64,000 nucleotides of DNA from Rhodanobacteraceae bacterium (GCA_031409855.1 JANNYA010000066.1:595-64594), one strand, 5' to 3'; counted from the stretch's first letter, positions 6,537-16,132 are shown. Numbers and translations are program-made. The notes: a model not told the origin generated them from the letters alone.

Positions 6537-8477
6537 TCACCACTCCCACAACAACTCCGCCCAAACCAAGCGCTCACTAAAAACCGTATCCACGCGGCGC
6601 CCGGGAGGCACGCGGGTGATATAGCGCAGCTCCGCGTCCGTGGCGTTTTGCACGGAAACGCGTAATGACAGCGGGGTGGACAGCCGATGTGTCAGGGCAA
6701 GATCCAGGCGGTTGTAGCCGGCGACTTGATCGGCTTCGACCTGCCGGGTACCGACATGCAGCAGATGCGCGCCAAATTGCCAGCGTTCGTGTGCACGCCA
6801 GAGTGCGCTTAAGCTGCTGTTGTTTTTTGCCGCGCCAAAGCTTTCGCCGCGCCGTTGCCCCATTTGTATTCTAGGATCGGCGGTATCGGCAAAGCTGAAA
6901 TTAGCGCGAACTTGCAGGGTTTCGGATAGCTCGTGTTGATATTCCAGCTCAACGCCTTTGCTCTTTTGCCCAGGTGCATTTTGATGTCCGGGCGGGCTTC
7001 CGGGCGGCCTGCGAAAAATGGCGTCGGGCACGCTGGCGTTAAAGACCGCGGCGCGCAATTTACCGGCGCCAAAGTCATAGATATAGGCTAGCTCGCTGGT
7101 TTGAATGGTTTCAAAATCCAAATTGCCGTTGGCAATGCCGGTGCCGGCGCTGTAGAGCTCAATAAACGTCGGGGTACGAAAGCCGCGCGCAGTTTGCGCT
7201 TTGAAGGTATGCCTGTCGTTGATGCGCCACACCACCGCTGCGCGTGGCGTCACTTTGGAATCCACGCCTTGCAGCTCGTCCAGGCGCACACCCAAAGTCG
7301 CGCTAAGCCGTGGGTTGAAGTCGATTTGATCTTGCAACATCACCGAGCTTAAGCTGCGCGAGATGTCTTCAACACGGACATTTGGGTTCGCGGGTTGCCC
7401 CGGCTGGGGCATGGCTGCGGGCGAGTCGGCAAAATCGATGGATTGCTGGATACGTGAGACTTCAAACAGCCACAGCTGCGGGCCAAAGCGTTTTTCGCCG
7501 TTGAAGGAATAGCGCCATTCGTGCCCGTCGTAGCGCGAATTGCCGAATTGCGAATCGACATTTTGCCGGCCCAGGCTAAACCCCAGCTGCGCAGAATTAT
7601 CGAGCTGCCAAGATTTTTGTAACTGCAGGTTGCTCAATATTTCATGCCGGTCACGTGGGCGAGGCGGCGGTGGCGGCGGTGGCGCTTGCCCGGGTGGTGG
7701 CGGCGGTGGCCGCGGTGCGGCTTCGCGCCCGATATCGTGATTAAAGAAATTACCTTGCAGCACAAAACCGGCGAAAGACCAACGGGCATTAACAAAGCGG
7801 CGCTGTTCTTCATCACTGGGCAAGGCAGAATCTTCAGCGATATCGCCACGAAAATCCGAGGCGTTGAAATCGAGTTGCCCGGCCTGGCCCTGTACGCTGT
7901 GATTCACCGCCAGCTGGCGATTTTGCTCAGATCCAGCGGCCAAACTTAGCTGCGAACGGTCACTGCGGGTGATGATATTGACCAGGCCGGTAAAGGCGAA
8001 ATCGCCATAAAGATTGGACCCGGGGCCACGAATCACTTCAATGCGATCCACCTGGGCGATCGGCATGAGCAAAACGGCGCTATTGCTTGCGCTGGTTTCT
8101 GCCGCCATGTCCAGGCCATCGACCATGACTTTGACATTGCCGGAATTAAAGAAGAAATCGAACCCGCGTACCCGCAGCGTGGCATTGCCATCTAAGTCAA
8201 CATTGGCCTCGATGCCTGGCACCAAGGTAAGCGCGTCTAATACCGTGCGTTTGCCGAGCAATGCCAACTCATCGCCTTGCAGCACGCTGACTAAACCTGG
8301 CACAAAGTCGGCATTTTGTTTACTGCGCGACGCGATTTCGGTTTCCTCGGAAAGTGCCTCTAAGAGCTCGCTTTCCTCATCTTGGGCATGTGCAAAATTC
8401 GCACTGAAACTCAGCGCGCACAGCGCCGCACACAGCGCTGGCTTAAGCCGTATACGCTTTAATTTGTAGCTGCTCAT
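6537..8477 (-). CDS. TonB-dependent receptor with an internal polyproline insert
   Basis: The signal peptide is MSSYKLKRIRLKPALCAALCALSFSANFAHA. The plug motifs are IEVIRGPGSNLYG and GLVNIIT, and the barrel ends in an aromatic residue (...LLWEW). The ATG at 8477 overlaps the stop of the upstream gene (ATGA). The longer ORF starting at 8546 is rejected. Confidence 0.85.
   Translation of the reverse strand: MSSYKLKRIRLKPALCAALCALSFSANFAHAQDEESELLEALSEETEIASRSKQNADFVPGLVSVLQGDELALLGKRTVLDALTLVPGIEANVDLDGNATLRVRGFDFFFNSGNVKVMVDGLDMAAETSASNSAVLLMPIAQVDRIEVIRGPGSNLYGDFAFTGLVNIITRSDRSQLSLAAGSEQNRQLAVNHSVQGQAGQLDFNASDFRGDIAEDSALPSDEEQRRFVNARWSFAGFVLQGNFFNHDIGREAAPRPPPPPPGQAPPPPPPPRPRDRHEILSNLQLQKSWQLDNSAQLGFSLGRQNVDSQFGNSRYDGHEWRYSFNGEKRFGPQLWLFEVSRIQQSIDFADSPAAMPQPGQPANPNVRVEDISRSLSSVMLQDQIDFNPRLSATLGVRLDELQGVDSKVTPRAAVVWRINDRHTFKAQTARGFRTPTFIELYSAGTGIANGNLDFETIQTSELAYIYDFGAGKLRAAVFNASVPDAIFRRPPGSPPGHQNAPGQKSKGVELEYQHELSETLQVRANFSFADTADPRIQMGQRRGESFGAAKNNSSLSALWRAHERWQFGAHLLHVGTRQVEADQVAGYNRLDLALTHRLSTPLSLRVSVQNATDAELRYITRVPPGRRVDTVFSERLVWAELLWEW
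7657..7720 (-). repeat. GGCGGCGGTGG-type reiterated tract encoding PRPPPPPPGQAPPPPPPPRPR inside the receptor
   Basis: The plus strand reads ggcgaggcggcggtggcggcggtggcgcttgcccgggtggtggcggcggtggccgcggtgcgg. The minus-frame translation is a double polyproline run. Confidence 0.85.
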
Positions 8478-9436
8478 GAGATCTCCCCCGAGCTTGAATT
8501 GGATGCAAAGACTTGAGTGACTTCGCCATTCGCGGTGCGCGCGCAACAGCGATTGCGGCCTTGTTGCTTGGCTTGATACAGCAAGACATCCGCCGCTTGC
8601 AACAACGCCATTGGGTCCGCTTCCACGCTGCGTTCAAGCGCGCCTAGGCTGATGCTGACGCGCTCGCCTAGCGGCGAATCCGGGTGCGCCAAGGCCATGG
8701 CCGCCACCGCATCCAAGGCGCGCTGCGCGTGCTGCACTAGGTCGCCGCCTTGAATTAATACCGCAAATTCCTCGCCACCCAAGCGCGCTACCAGCTCGTG
8801 TTGACGCTCAAAGGTTTGTTGCAAGCTGCGCGCCAGTTGCCGTAAGCATTCATCGCCCGCACCATGTCCGGCGCGGTCGTTGTAGCGCTTGAAATAATCG
8901 ACATCGATCAGCAAAAGCTTCAAATTCCGGGGCGCTAATTCGCTGGCAGAGATCGCCCAATGCCGTTGAATTTGTTCGTCGAACGCGCGCCGGTTGGCGA
9001 TGCCGGTTAAGCCATCAATGCGCGCGCGTTGTGCTTCGAATTCGCGCTGGCGCTTGAGTTCCAAATGCGTGCGCACCCGGGCGCGCACGATCGCGGGGCT
9101 AAACGGTTTGGTGATGTAATCAACAGCACCCATTTCCAAGCCGCTAGCTTCCTCATCAATCTCATCGCGCGCAGTGACAAAAATCACCGGAATCCCGTGC
9201 GTAATAGGGTCGCTTTGCAATTTCGCGAGTGTCGCCAAGCCATTCATGCCGGGCAAAACCACATCCAACAAGATCAAGTCCGGTTGCGCGCTATGCGCCA
9301 ATAACAAGGCTTGCTCACCGGTTTTGGCAAAACGCAGCGAATACGGTGCCTCCGGCCCTGCGCCGCCCAGCGCTTGCGCCAGGCTTTGGATATTGGCGCT
9401 CTCATCATCAACGATCAAAATGCATTTACGGTTCAT
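8474..9436 (-). CDS. response regulator receiver + GGDEF diguanylate cyclase
   Basis: The REC domain shows ILIVDDE and LILLDVVLPGMNG. The GGDEF domain shows DGLTGIANRRAF and RLGGEEFAVL. The gene overlaps both neighbours by 4 nt. Confidence 0.9.
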   Translation of the reverse strand: MNRKCILIVDDESANIQSLAQALGGAGPEAPYSLRFAKTGEQALLLAHSAQPDLILLDVVLPGMNGLATLAKLQSDPITHGIPVIFVTARDEIDEEASGLEMGAVDYITKPFSPAIVRARVRTHLELKRQREFEAQRARIDGLTGIANRRAFDEQIQRHWAISASELAPRNLKLLLIDVDYFKRYNDRAGHGAGDECLRQLARSLQQTFERQHELVARLGGEEFAVLIQGGDLVQHAQRALDAVAAMALAHPDSPLGERVSISLGALERSVEADPMALLQAADVLLYQAKQQGRNRCCARTANGEVTQVFASNSSSGEIS

Positions 9437-11997
9437 AGGTTGTCACCAGATGGGTCTTCACCAAGGTTTGCGCGCAAACGCCCGAGTTGCTCAAGCGCTG
9501 TTGTGTAGTCCAGCTGATCAATCGCTGCAGCGACCGGCTGCAATAGCGCTAGCAACGCCGGTTGTTGCAAGGCCGGAGTTTGTGCCAGTGCCGCGCGCAG
9601 TTGTTCGCCCGCCTGTAAATCCATCTGCATCAGCGCTTTTTGCAAAGAGTTATAACTTGTGCCCGCCAACCAATCGCGCAAGATTAGCGCTTGGTCGCGG
9701 CTAATGGATGTTGGCACTTGCATGGAGGTTTGGCTGGCCGTTTGCAGCAGATGACAACAGACCAACAAGGGATTTAGCGCTTGCTCAAACTGCAATAGGG
9801 CGGCAGTGGTTGGCAGCTGCGCGCGCAGTTGCTGTTCCAGCGTCGCCGCCGCTTGCGTCAACGTCTTGGCGCCCAATGCCGCCGCCGCACCGCGTAAGGT
9901 GTGCAACATGCGTTGTTCGGCCCCGAAATCGGCCCCGGCCCCAAAATTGAGCGCCTGCAGTTGCGTCATCGCAGCGCTGTGGCGCTGACAAAAGTCCATC
10001 AGCAAGCGCTCTAGTAGCTCTTGATTGCCGCCCAAATTGCGCAACGCATAGGGCCAATCGATGCCAGCCGCTTGCCAACGCGCGCCCGCAGCTTCGTCTG
10101 CCGTAGTGAATTCGCCTGTCGCTGCACCCGGTTGGGAGGTTGCGGCAACGCTTGTTGCGGCAACGCTGGGCATAAAGCGCTTTAACACCGTGATCAGTTC
10201 GGCTTCATCCAAAGGTTTGCACAGATAATCATCCATACCTTGTGCCAAAAACCGTTCACGATCGCCGCTCATCGCGTGTGCGGTTAACGCCACGATTGGC
10301 AGATCTGCCAACGCGGGCACGGCTTTAATTCTAGCGGTGCTCTCAATGCCATCCCATTCCGGCATTTGGATATCCATCAGCACCAAATCAAAAGCCCCTG
10401 GCTGCTCTTGCAATAGCGCGAGCGCCTCTTTACCACCTGTTGCGGTATGCACCGAAAGTCCAAGTGCTTCCAACAAGGCCTGCGCCACTTCTCGGTTAAT
10501 CGGGTGATCTTCAACGACTAACACCCGGCCCTGCCGCGTATCAACATCCACTTGTGCATCCGCCAGCGTTACTTCAGCTTCTGGCTCGGGCAATTGCTGC
10601 ATCGGCAATTCAAAAGCAAACTCGGAACCCCGGCCCAGCTCGCTAGAACATTGTAAGGTGCCGCCCATCAGTTCCACCAAGCGCTTGCTAATGGCAAGCC
10701 CAAGCCCAGCGCCGCCGTGCACGCGGGTATCGGATTCGTCCACTTGGCTGAAAGGGTCGAACAAGCGCTTTTGATCTTGGGTGCTGATGCCCACACCGGT
10801 GTCAATCACGGCAAAACGCACCGATACCGGCGTGCCCAAGGTTATTTCACCGTGAGTTTTTGCCGCTTGGGTTTTTGCATCTGCAGGCGCTGGCGCAGGC
10901 CGAACCTGGATCTGCAAACGCACGCTGCCAGAGTCAGTGAACTTGATCGCATTGATTAATAAATTAACTAAAACCTGCTGCAAGCGCAGGGCATCGCCCA
11001 TTAAATTGAGCGGCAAGGTAGTGGCGTCAGGAAATTCCAGTGCCAAGGACTTATCCGCCGCACGTTGTTGCAACATATGCTGCAAGCTACGCAAAGCGTG
11101 GCGCAAGCGAAACGGCGCATTTTGAATCGCCAGCTTGTTCGCTTCGATACGCGATAAATCCAAAATGTCGTTCAACACGCCCAACAGCAGCTTCGCCGAT
11201 TCGGTTAACTGGCTCAACATGCTGTGTTGTTTTGGCAGCAAGTCGGACTTTTTCAATAGATTCGCCATGCCTAAAACCGCGTTCATCGGCGTGCGAATTT
11301 CGTGGCTCATATTCGCCAAAAACTGGCTCTTGGCGCGGCTGGCCTGCAAGGCCTGATCGCGTGCCAGGCTAAGCGATTCGGCATCGCGTTGGCGCTGCGC
11401 CTCGTGCCTTTGGATCAGCCACGAAAAGCCAGCCCACAGCAAACTCAAACACGCCGCCAGCATCAGCGCCTGCAGCAGCATTTGCCGCTGCACATCACGC
11501 ACGAAGCGCTCGTAAAAAGCGTTCGACACCCACAACTTGGCAATGCCGATCAGCTCGCCCGTGTCCGGGTGATACAGGGCAACCTCGCTGGCGTTGCCCC
11601 CTGTGGGCGCTTGTTGCGTCAGCCCGACTAAGGCCGCGTCAGCTATGCCTAAGGCCTCGTTGTCCACCTCCAGCGATACCCCTTCAATCAAGGCCTTGCC
11701 GGATGGCCCTTTGAGCAGCAGAAGCTGATCCAACGCTGCTTGCATTTGGTTGCGCAGTTGCGTGGGCGGCGCTGCCAACGCTTGCGCCAACAGCGGCGCT
11801 TGCGACTGCGCCAACAAACTAATTTGCGCTTGCGCCTCACTTTGTAGGCGCGGCTGCAGCGAATAGCGCCAATAGGCAAACAGCGTAATTTCAATCAACA
11901 GCGCAAGGGCTACAAAGATGATGCTTAAGCGCCAAAGCAACGCCCGGCCAAGTGCGGCAAAACCCAAACGCTGCATGGTGCGATCTGCGCTGCTCAT
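9433..11997 (-). CDS. hybrid sensor histidine kinase (2 TM + HisKA + HATPase + REC + Hpt)
   Basis: The H-box is FLANMSHEIRTPMN, the ATPase motifs are DTGVGIS and GGAGLGLAIS, the REC motif is VLVVEDHPINR...LVLMDIQMPEWDG, and the Hpt motif is MLHTLRGAAAALGA. Confidence 0.9.
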   Translation of the reverse strand: MSSADRTMQRLGFAALGRALLWRLSIIFVALALLIEITLFAYWRYSLQPRLQSEAQAQISLLAQSQAPLLAQALAAPPTQLRNQMQAALDQLLLLKGPSGKALIEGVSLEVDNEALGIADAALVGLTQQAPTGGNASEVALYHPDTGELIGIAKLWVSNAFYERFVRDVQRQMLLQALMLAACLSLLWAGFSWLIQRHEAQRQRDAESLSLARDQALQASRAKSQFLANMSHEIRTPMNAVLGMANLLKKSDLLPKQHSMLSQLTESAKLLLGVLNDILDLSRIEANKLAIQNAPFRLRHALRSLQHMLQQRAADKSLALEFPDATTLPLNLMGDALRLQQVLVNLLINAIKFTDSGSVRLQIQVRPAPAPADAKTQAAKTHGEITLGTPVSVRFAVIDTGVGISTQDQKRLFDPFSQVDESDTRVHGGAGLGLAISKRLVELMGGTLQCSSELGRGSEFAFELPMQQLPEPEAEVTLADAQVDVDTRQGRVLVVEDHPINREVAQALLEALGLSVHTATGGKEALALLQEQPGAFDLVLMDIQMPEWDGIESTARIKAVPALADLPIVALTAHAMSGDRERFLAQGMDDYLCKPLDEAELITVLKRFMPSVAATSVAATSQPGAATGEFTTADEAAGARWQAAGIDWPYALRNLGGNQELLERLLMDFCQRHSAAMTQLQALNFGAGADFGAEQRMLHTLRGAAAALGAKTLTQAAATLEQQLRAQLPTTAALLQFEQALNPLLVCCHLLQTASQTSMQVPTSISRDQALILRDWLAGTSYNSLQKALMQMDLQAGEQLRAALAQTPALQQPALLALLQPVAAAIDQLDYTTALEQLGRLRANLGEDPSGDNL

Positions 11998-12668
11998 TGC
12001 AGCACCTTGGTAACGCGCAGAAAAAATGGCTTCAGTTTGAGATCAAGCGCCTGGGCCCGACGTTGATTGAGCAAAGGTTGCACCTTGGCTTGAATGGAAA
12101 TGCCCGCGGTCATACCGCGCTCAACATGGCCATCAAAGGGCGAAAATAAAACAGTGCGGGTTTTTGCGCTCCAGTCCAGCCACATTTTGAACTCCGCCTC
12201 GTTCGGCGCGCTCACAAAAAACACCGCTATCGGCGCGGCTAATGCACTGATCTGATCGAATTGCTGATAGCCGGTAATTTTCACCGGCAGCGTCTGGATT
12301 GCGGAACGTTGCGGATCCGATTGCGAGGCAATCAATTCATGCACATCCAGCTGCAAAGCATCGCCTTTACCGATAACCCAAATGCGCAAACCAGCGCGCG
12401 CTTTGGCTTTAGCGCCTAAGTCGATATCCGCCGCAAGCAGCGAACGAAAAATGCGTGCGCCGGTGCGGATGCGGCGGTCTTCAAAACTATCGGCAAACGC
12501 CACTGCCACCAAATTGCACGCTAACAGCAACGTAAACAAGAGCATGGCCAAACGTGGCACCGCCCAACGTGGCAACCACCGCTTAGGCGCACGCACAGAC
12601 CAACGCTTGCGTGCGCTGGCACGGCGAACTTGGCGGTGGAGAAGCGAATGCGGCATGATCAAGCGCAA
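11994..12668 (-). CDS. YfiR-like periplasmic protein (DUF4154)
   Basis: It has an N-terminal signal or anchor and the C-terminal pattern TVLFSPFDGHVERGMTAGISIQAKVQPLLNQRRAQALDLKLKPFFLRVTKV typical of DUF4154. It is the first gene of the coupled operon. The start codon is uncertain. Confidence 0.55.
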   Translation of the reverse strand: MRLIMPHSLLHRQVRRASARKRWSVRAPKRWLPRWAVPRLAMLLFTLLLACNLVAVAFADSFEDRRIRTGARIFRSLLAADIDLGAKAKARAGLRIWVIGKGDALQLDVHELIASQSDPQRSAIQTLPVKITGYQQFDQISALAAPIAVFFVSAPNEAEFKMWLDWSAKTRTVLFSPFDGHVERGMTAGISIQAKVQPLLNQRRAQALDLKLKPFFLRVTKVLQ

Positions 12669-12755
12669 AGGTTTGGCGGAAACGAGTCAAAGTATGCGTG
12701 ACAAATGCGCACAAAATAAGCAGAAACTCTGGCATCAATTTAGCGGGGATCAGCT

Positions 12756-13481
12756 TTGACACAATTGATTGGGACGTCACGCCAAGGCGTGACTCAATCC
12801 CCGACTAGCTTAGTCTTGTTTTTGGTTGAAGACGACGATATCCAGGCCGCCATTGCCGAAGCAGCGCTGCATCGCGCCGGTTATGCGGTGCGCCGCTTCG
12901 CCCGCGCCCAGGGCGTGGTGGAGGCGGTAAAACGCACGCCACCGGAGGCGGTGTTGCTGGATTTGGGCTTGCCGGATCAACATGGGTTCGATTTGTGCAA
13001 GGCGCTGCGCGAGGCCACCGCAGTGCCGATTATTATGGTCACCGCGCAAGATCAACTGCTGGATCGGGTGTTGGGATTAGAACTGGGCGCAGACGATTAT
13101 TTGATCAAACCCTATCTGAGCGAGGAATTGGTGGCACGCGTGAAAGCACTGTTGCGCCGCGCTGGCGGCAAATGGAGCCTGCGCACAACTTTAAGCTTTG
13201 ATGACGCCACTATGAAAGCGCATTGGGGTGCCGAGCTGCTGCCATTAACCCGCATCGAATACCAGCTGCTCAAACGCTTGGCGCGCCACCCAGGCCACGT
13301 GCTTTCCCGACTACAACTGTGTGACGCACTCTACGACGCCGACCGCGACATTCTGGAGCGCACCATTGACAGCCATATCCGCAACCTACGCCGCAAATTG
13401 CATCAAGCCGCACCCAAAAGCGAGCACGGCGAACTGATCGAATCGGTTTATGGCGCGGGCTATCGGTTTGATCCGGGCTAG
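12756..13481 (+). CDS. OmpR/PhoB-family response regulator (no kinase adjacent)
   Basis: The REC domain shows FLVEDDD, VLLDLGLPDQHG and DDYLIKPY. The winged-helix domain shows LTRIEYQLLKRLARHPGHVLSR...GAGYRF. The start could instead be the GTG at 12789. Confidence 0.85.
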   Translation: MTQLIGTSRQGVTQSPTSLVLFLVEDDDIQAAIAEAALHRAGYAVRRFARAQGVVEAVKRTPPEAVLLDLGLPDQHGFDLCKALREATAVPIIMVTAQDQLLDRVLGLELGADDYLIKPYLSEELVARVKALLRRAGGKWSLRTTLSFDDATMKAHWGAELLPLTRIEYQLLKRLARHPGHVLSRLQLCDALYDADRDILERTIDSHIRNLRRKLHQAAPKSEHGELIESVYGAGYRFDPG

Positions 13482-13695
13482 CGTGATCTACTAAAGTTTG
13501 ATTGAGACGGCGAAAGCGAATCAGATCGAGCCGAGTTACTGGTATCGATGCGGTATTCAGCTGGGGTGAAATACCAGGTCGCATTGTGTTCACTGTGCGT
13601 CGTTGCATTCACCTTCACGGCCGAGCGGCATTCGCGCCAAACTAATCGAGCCCGCTTTAGCCAACAACGCAAAATAATTCTAAAGCTAAAAAAAC

Positions 13696-13711
13696 TGGCA
13701 CCACCGGCGCG
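13696..13711 (+). promoter_or_regulatory. possible sigma-54 -24/-12 element (TGGCAC-N5-GCGCG) upstream of the symporter
   Basis: TGGCAC is perfect and the GC sits at the correct -12 spacing, but the TT of TTGC is missing. The element lies ~30 nt before the ATG. No bEBP-type activator is nearby, so this is weak. Confidence 0.25.
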
Positions 13712-13739
13712 CTTCGCCTATCGTTCACCCCTACTTTTA

Positions 13740-15014
13740 ATGCAGATGTTTGCCATGCCAAATCGCTTTACGATGTTTGTACTGGGTGCCATGTTGCTGG
13801 GGCTAATTGTTGGCTGGCAGTGCAATTTGCATCTGGATCCCGCGCAGCAGGCGGCACTGGCTGCCAACTTAAAAATTGCGACGGATATTTTTCTGCGCTT
13901 AATCAAGATGATTATCGCGCCGCTGGTATTGTCGACGCTGATTGTTGGCATTGCGCACATGGGCGATACCGCAGCACTCGGGCGCGCGGGCGCAAAAACT
14001 ATGGCTTGGTTTATTGGCGCGTCGATTATTTCACTTACCTTGGGCGCGATTATTGTGACGATACTTAAGCCCGGCGTCGGTTTGGGCTTAGCCTTGCCAG
14101 CGCCTACGGATCTGGTCGAAATCAAAGGCTCGGGCCTAAGCTTGCAAGAGTTCGTGACCTATCTGGTGCCGATGTCTATTTTCGATGCCATGGCAAAAAA
14201 TCAAATTTTGCCGATCGTGCTGTTTTCCGTGTTTTTTGGTGTTGCCTGCGCGTCCTTAGGGCAAAAGGCCAAAATCGTCGTCGATTTCTTTGAGCAAGTC
14301 AGCTATGTGATGCTGAAAGTCACCGGTTACGTGATGTGGTTCGCGCCGATTGCCGTGTTCGCAGCGCTTGCGGGCGTGGTGGCGGTGAAAGGGCTGGCTA
14401 TTTTGGCCACCTACGCCTGGTTTGTCGGCGGCTTTTTTGGCGCGCTCGGTGTGCTTTGGCTGTTGTTGATTGGCGCCGGCTATATTTTCCTTGGCCCCAG
14501 CGTGATTCGCTTGATCCGGGGTATGCGCGAGCCGATTGCGCTGGCATTTTCTACCGCAAGTTCCGAGGCAGCCTACCCGCGCACGCTCGATCAGCTCGAA
14601 AAATTTGGCGTTTCGCGCCGGATCGCCAGCTTCGTACTGCCGCTGGGCTACTCTTTCAATTTGGATGGCTCGATGATGTATTGCACCTTCGGCACCATTT
14701 TTATTGCGCAGGCTTACAATATTCCTTTAGGTATGGCAGATATTGCCACGATGCTTTTGCTGTTAATGGTTACTAGTAAAGGCATGGCCGCAGTACCGCG
14801 CGCCTCACTGGTGGTGATTGCCGCAACGTTGCCACATTTCAATATCCCAGAAACCGGGCTATTGCTGCTTCTTGCCGTGGATCACTTTTTGGACATGGGC
14901 CGCAGCGCCACCAATGTCGTCGGTAATTCGATTGCAACGGCGGTCGTCGCGAAATGGGAAGGGGAGTTGAGCGCTGGGGCGCTTGACGACGTGCAATCCA
15001 AGTCCGAAAGCTAA
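13740..15014 (+). CDS. dicarboxylate/amino acid:cation symporter (DAACS family, DctA/GltP-like)
   Basis: The protein is polytopic with family motifs IIAPLVLSTLIVGIA, FSTASSEAAYPRT and VDHFLDMGRSATNVVGNSIATAVVAKWEG. I placed the start at MQMFAMPNRF. The long upstream extension from 13548 is rejected. Confidence 0.85.
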   Translation: MQMFAMPNRFTMFVLGAMLLGLIVGWQCNLHLDPAQQAALAANLKIATDIFLRLIKMIIAPLVLSTLIVGIAHMGDTAALGRAGAKTMAWFIGASIISLTLGAIIVTILKPGVGLGLALPAPTDLVEIKGSGLSLQEFVTYLVPMSIFDAMAKNQILPIVLFSVFFGVACASLGQKAKIVVDFFEQVSYVMLKVTGYVMWFAPIAVFAALAGVVAVKGLAILATYAWFVGGFFGALGVLWLLLIGAGYIFLGPSVIRLIRGMREPIALAFSTASSEAAYPRTLDQLEKFGVSRRIASFVLPLGYSFNLDGSMMYCTFGTIFIAQAYNIPLGMADIATMLLLLMVTSKGMAAVPRASLVVIAATLPHFNIPETGLLLLLAVDHFLDMGRSATNVVGNSIATAVVAKWEGELSAGALDDVQSKSES

Positions 15015-16132
15015 CTCCGCAATCTAGGCCGCTTAGTCAAGATCAAGTCAAATTCAATCGGCACGCCTGCACGGCGTGCGCTGATTTTGACGGCGCTGCC
15101 TGGTGCGGTGGCGGCTTCTAGCGCGTTGAGCTGATTTGCGCTGTTAATTAGCGTGCCATCAAAGCGCTCGATCAAATCCCCTGGCAGCATGCCTGCGGCA
15201 AGACTGGGCGCATTTTGATACAAATCTTGCACCAGCACCGCGCGCATAGGTACGCCACCGGTGCCAATGACGCCGCGTTCGGTGTATAGCGCACCCATCC
15301 AGCCGCGAATGACTTCGCCGTCTTGTAAAATAGCCTCGAGCACGCTGTGCACCACATCGGCCGGGATCGCAAAACTGATACCCGGGACGGCAATGCCCGC
15401 ATCCACGCGATCAAGTGCAGCGGTGTTGATGCCGACTAGTTCGCCGTCGACATTAATGAGCGCACCGCCCGAGTTGCCGACATTGATCGCCGCATCGGTT
15501 TGAATAAAGGTGCTCAAGTTTCGATCTGGCCGCTGCAGCGCGCTAATAATGCCGCTGGTGACGGTTTGGCTATAGCCATAAGGGTTACCTATCGCCAAAA
15601 CAATATCGCCGACCTGCAACGCGCCCGGCGTGGCAAATTTTGCGGCGGGTAAATCCTCTAAATCAACTTTAAGCACGGCCAAATCACTTTCGGCGTCACG
15701 CCCGACCACGCTGGCGCGGGTGATGCGCCCGTCCCACAGTACGGCGCGGATATTGTCATAGCCAGCAATGACATGATCGTTGGTAATCATCGTGCCATCA
15801 CTGCGTACCAAAACCGCTGAGCCCAAGTTTTGCTCCAAACGCTGGCGCGCAGGCCCAACCGGCGACACGCCGAGAAACCTTCGTAACGTTGGGTCTTGCA
15901 CAATGCCGAGCGCCTGTTCCGTGACGATTTTATCGGCAAAAATACTCACCACGGCAGGACTGGCGCGCGCCACCGCGCCGGCGTAGCCGCGCTCTGCCGC
16001 TGGCGTATTTGCTGCTGGGCGAAACTGCGTCAAAATGAACGCGAATGACAACCCGACCATTACGCAGATCACCAGAAAGTTCAAATTGAACCAACGATTC
16101 GGCATTACGGCAGAGTTTTTAGAGGTGTGCAT
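15011..16132 (-). CDS. DegS/AlgW-type periplasmic serine endoprotease (S1C, single PDZ)
   Basis: It has an N-terminal TM anchor. The triad contexts are TNDHVI, SDLAVLKV and GNSGGALIN. One C-terminal PDZ domain is present (AAGMLPGDLIERFDG). Confidence 0.85.
   Translation of the reverse strand: MHTSKNSAVMPNRWFNLNFLVICVMVGLSFAFILTQFRPAANTPAAERGYAGAVARASPAVVSIFADKIVTEQALGIVQDPTLRRFLGVSPVGPARQRLEQNLGSAVLVRSDGTMITNDHVIAGYDNIRAVLWDGRITRASVVGRDAESDLAVLKVDLEDLPAAKFATPGALQVGDIVLAIGNPYGYSQTVTSGIISALQRPDRNLSTFIQTDAAINVGNSGGALINVDGELVGINTAALDRVDAGIAVPGISFAIPADVVHSVLEAILQDGEVIRGWMGALYTERGVIGTGGVPMRAVLVQDLYQNAPSLAAGMLPGDLIERFDGTLINSANQLNALEAATAPGSAVKISARRAGVPIEFDLILTKRPRLRS

Noticed and set aside
7540-7949. 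Plus-strand ORFs with a poly-Gly run (GRGGGGGGGACPGGGGGG) and Arg/Trp-rich text
   Set aside because: These are mirror images of the polyproline-coding tract of the minus-strand TonB receptor. The receptor frame is supported by plug and barrel motifs along its whole length.
8478-8546. Longer start for the polyproline TonB receptor (ORF track 6537-8546)
   Set aside because: The extension overlaps the GGDEF gene by 70 nt and encodes no signal peptide. The ATG at 8477 gives a canonical signal peptide and an ATGA overlap.
9708-11631. Numerous 60-110-aa ORFs on both strands inside the hybrid kinase gene, and similar ones inside the TonB receptors, thrA, gyrA and the sulfotransferases
   Set aside because: These are typical GC-rich shadow ORFs. 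All are nested in genes with strong end-to-end family signatures. None has an RBS or recognisable motifs.
13548-13739. 64-codon N-terminal extension of the DAACS symporter
   Set aside because: The extension is not hydrophobic or family-like. Homologs start just before the first TM (MPNRFTMFVLGAMLLG).
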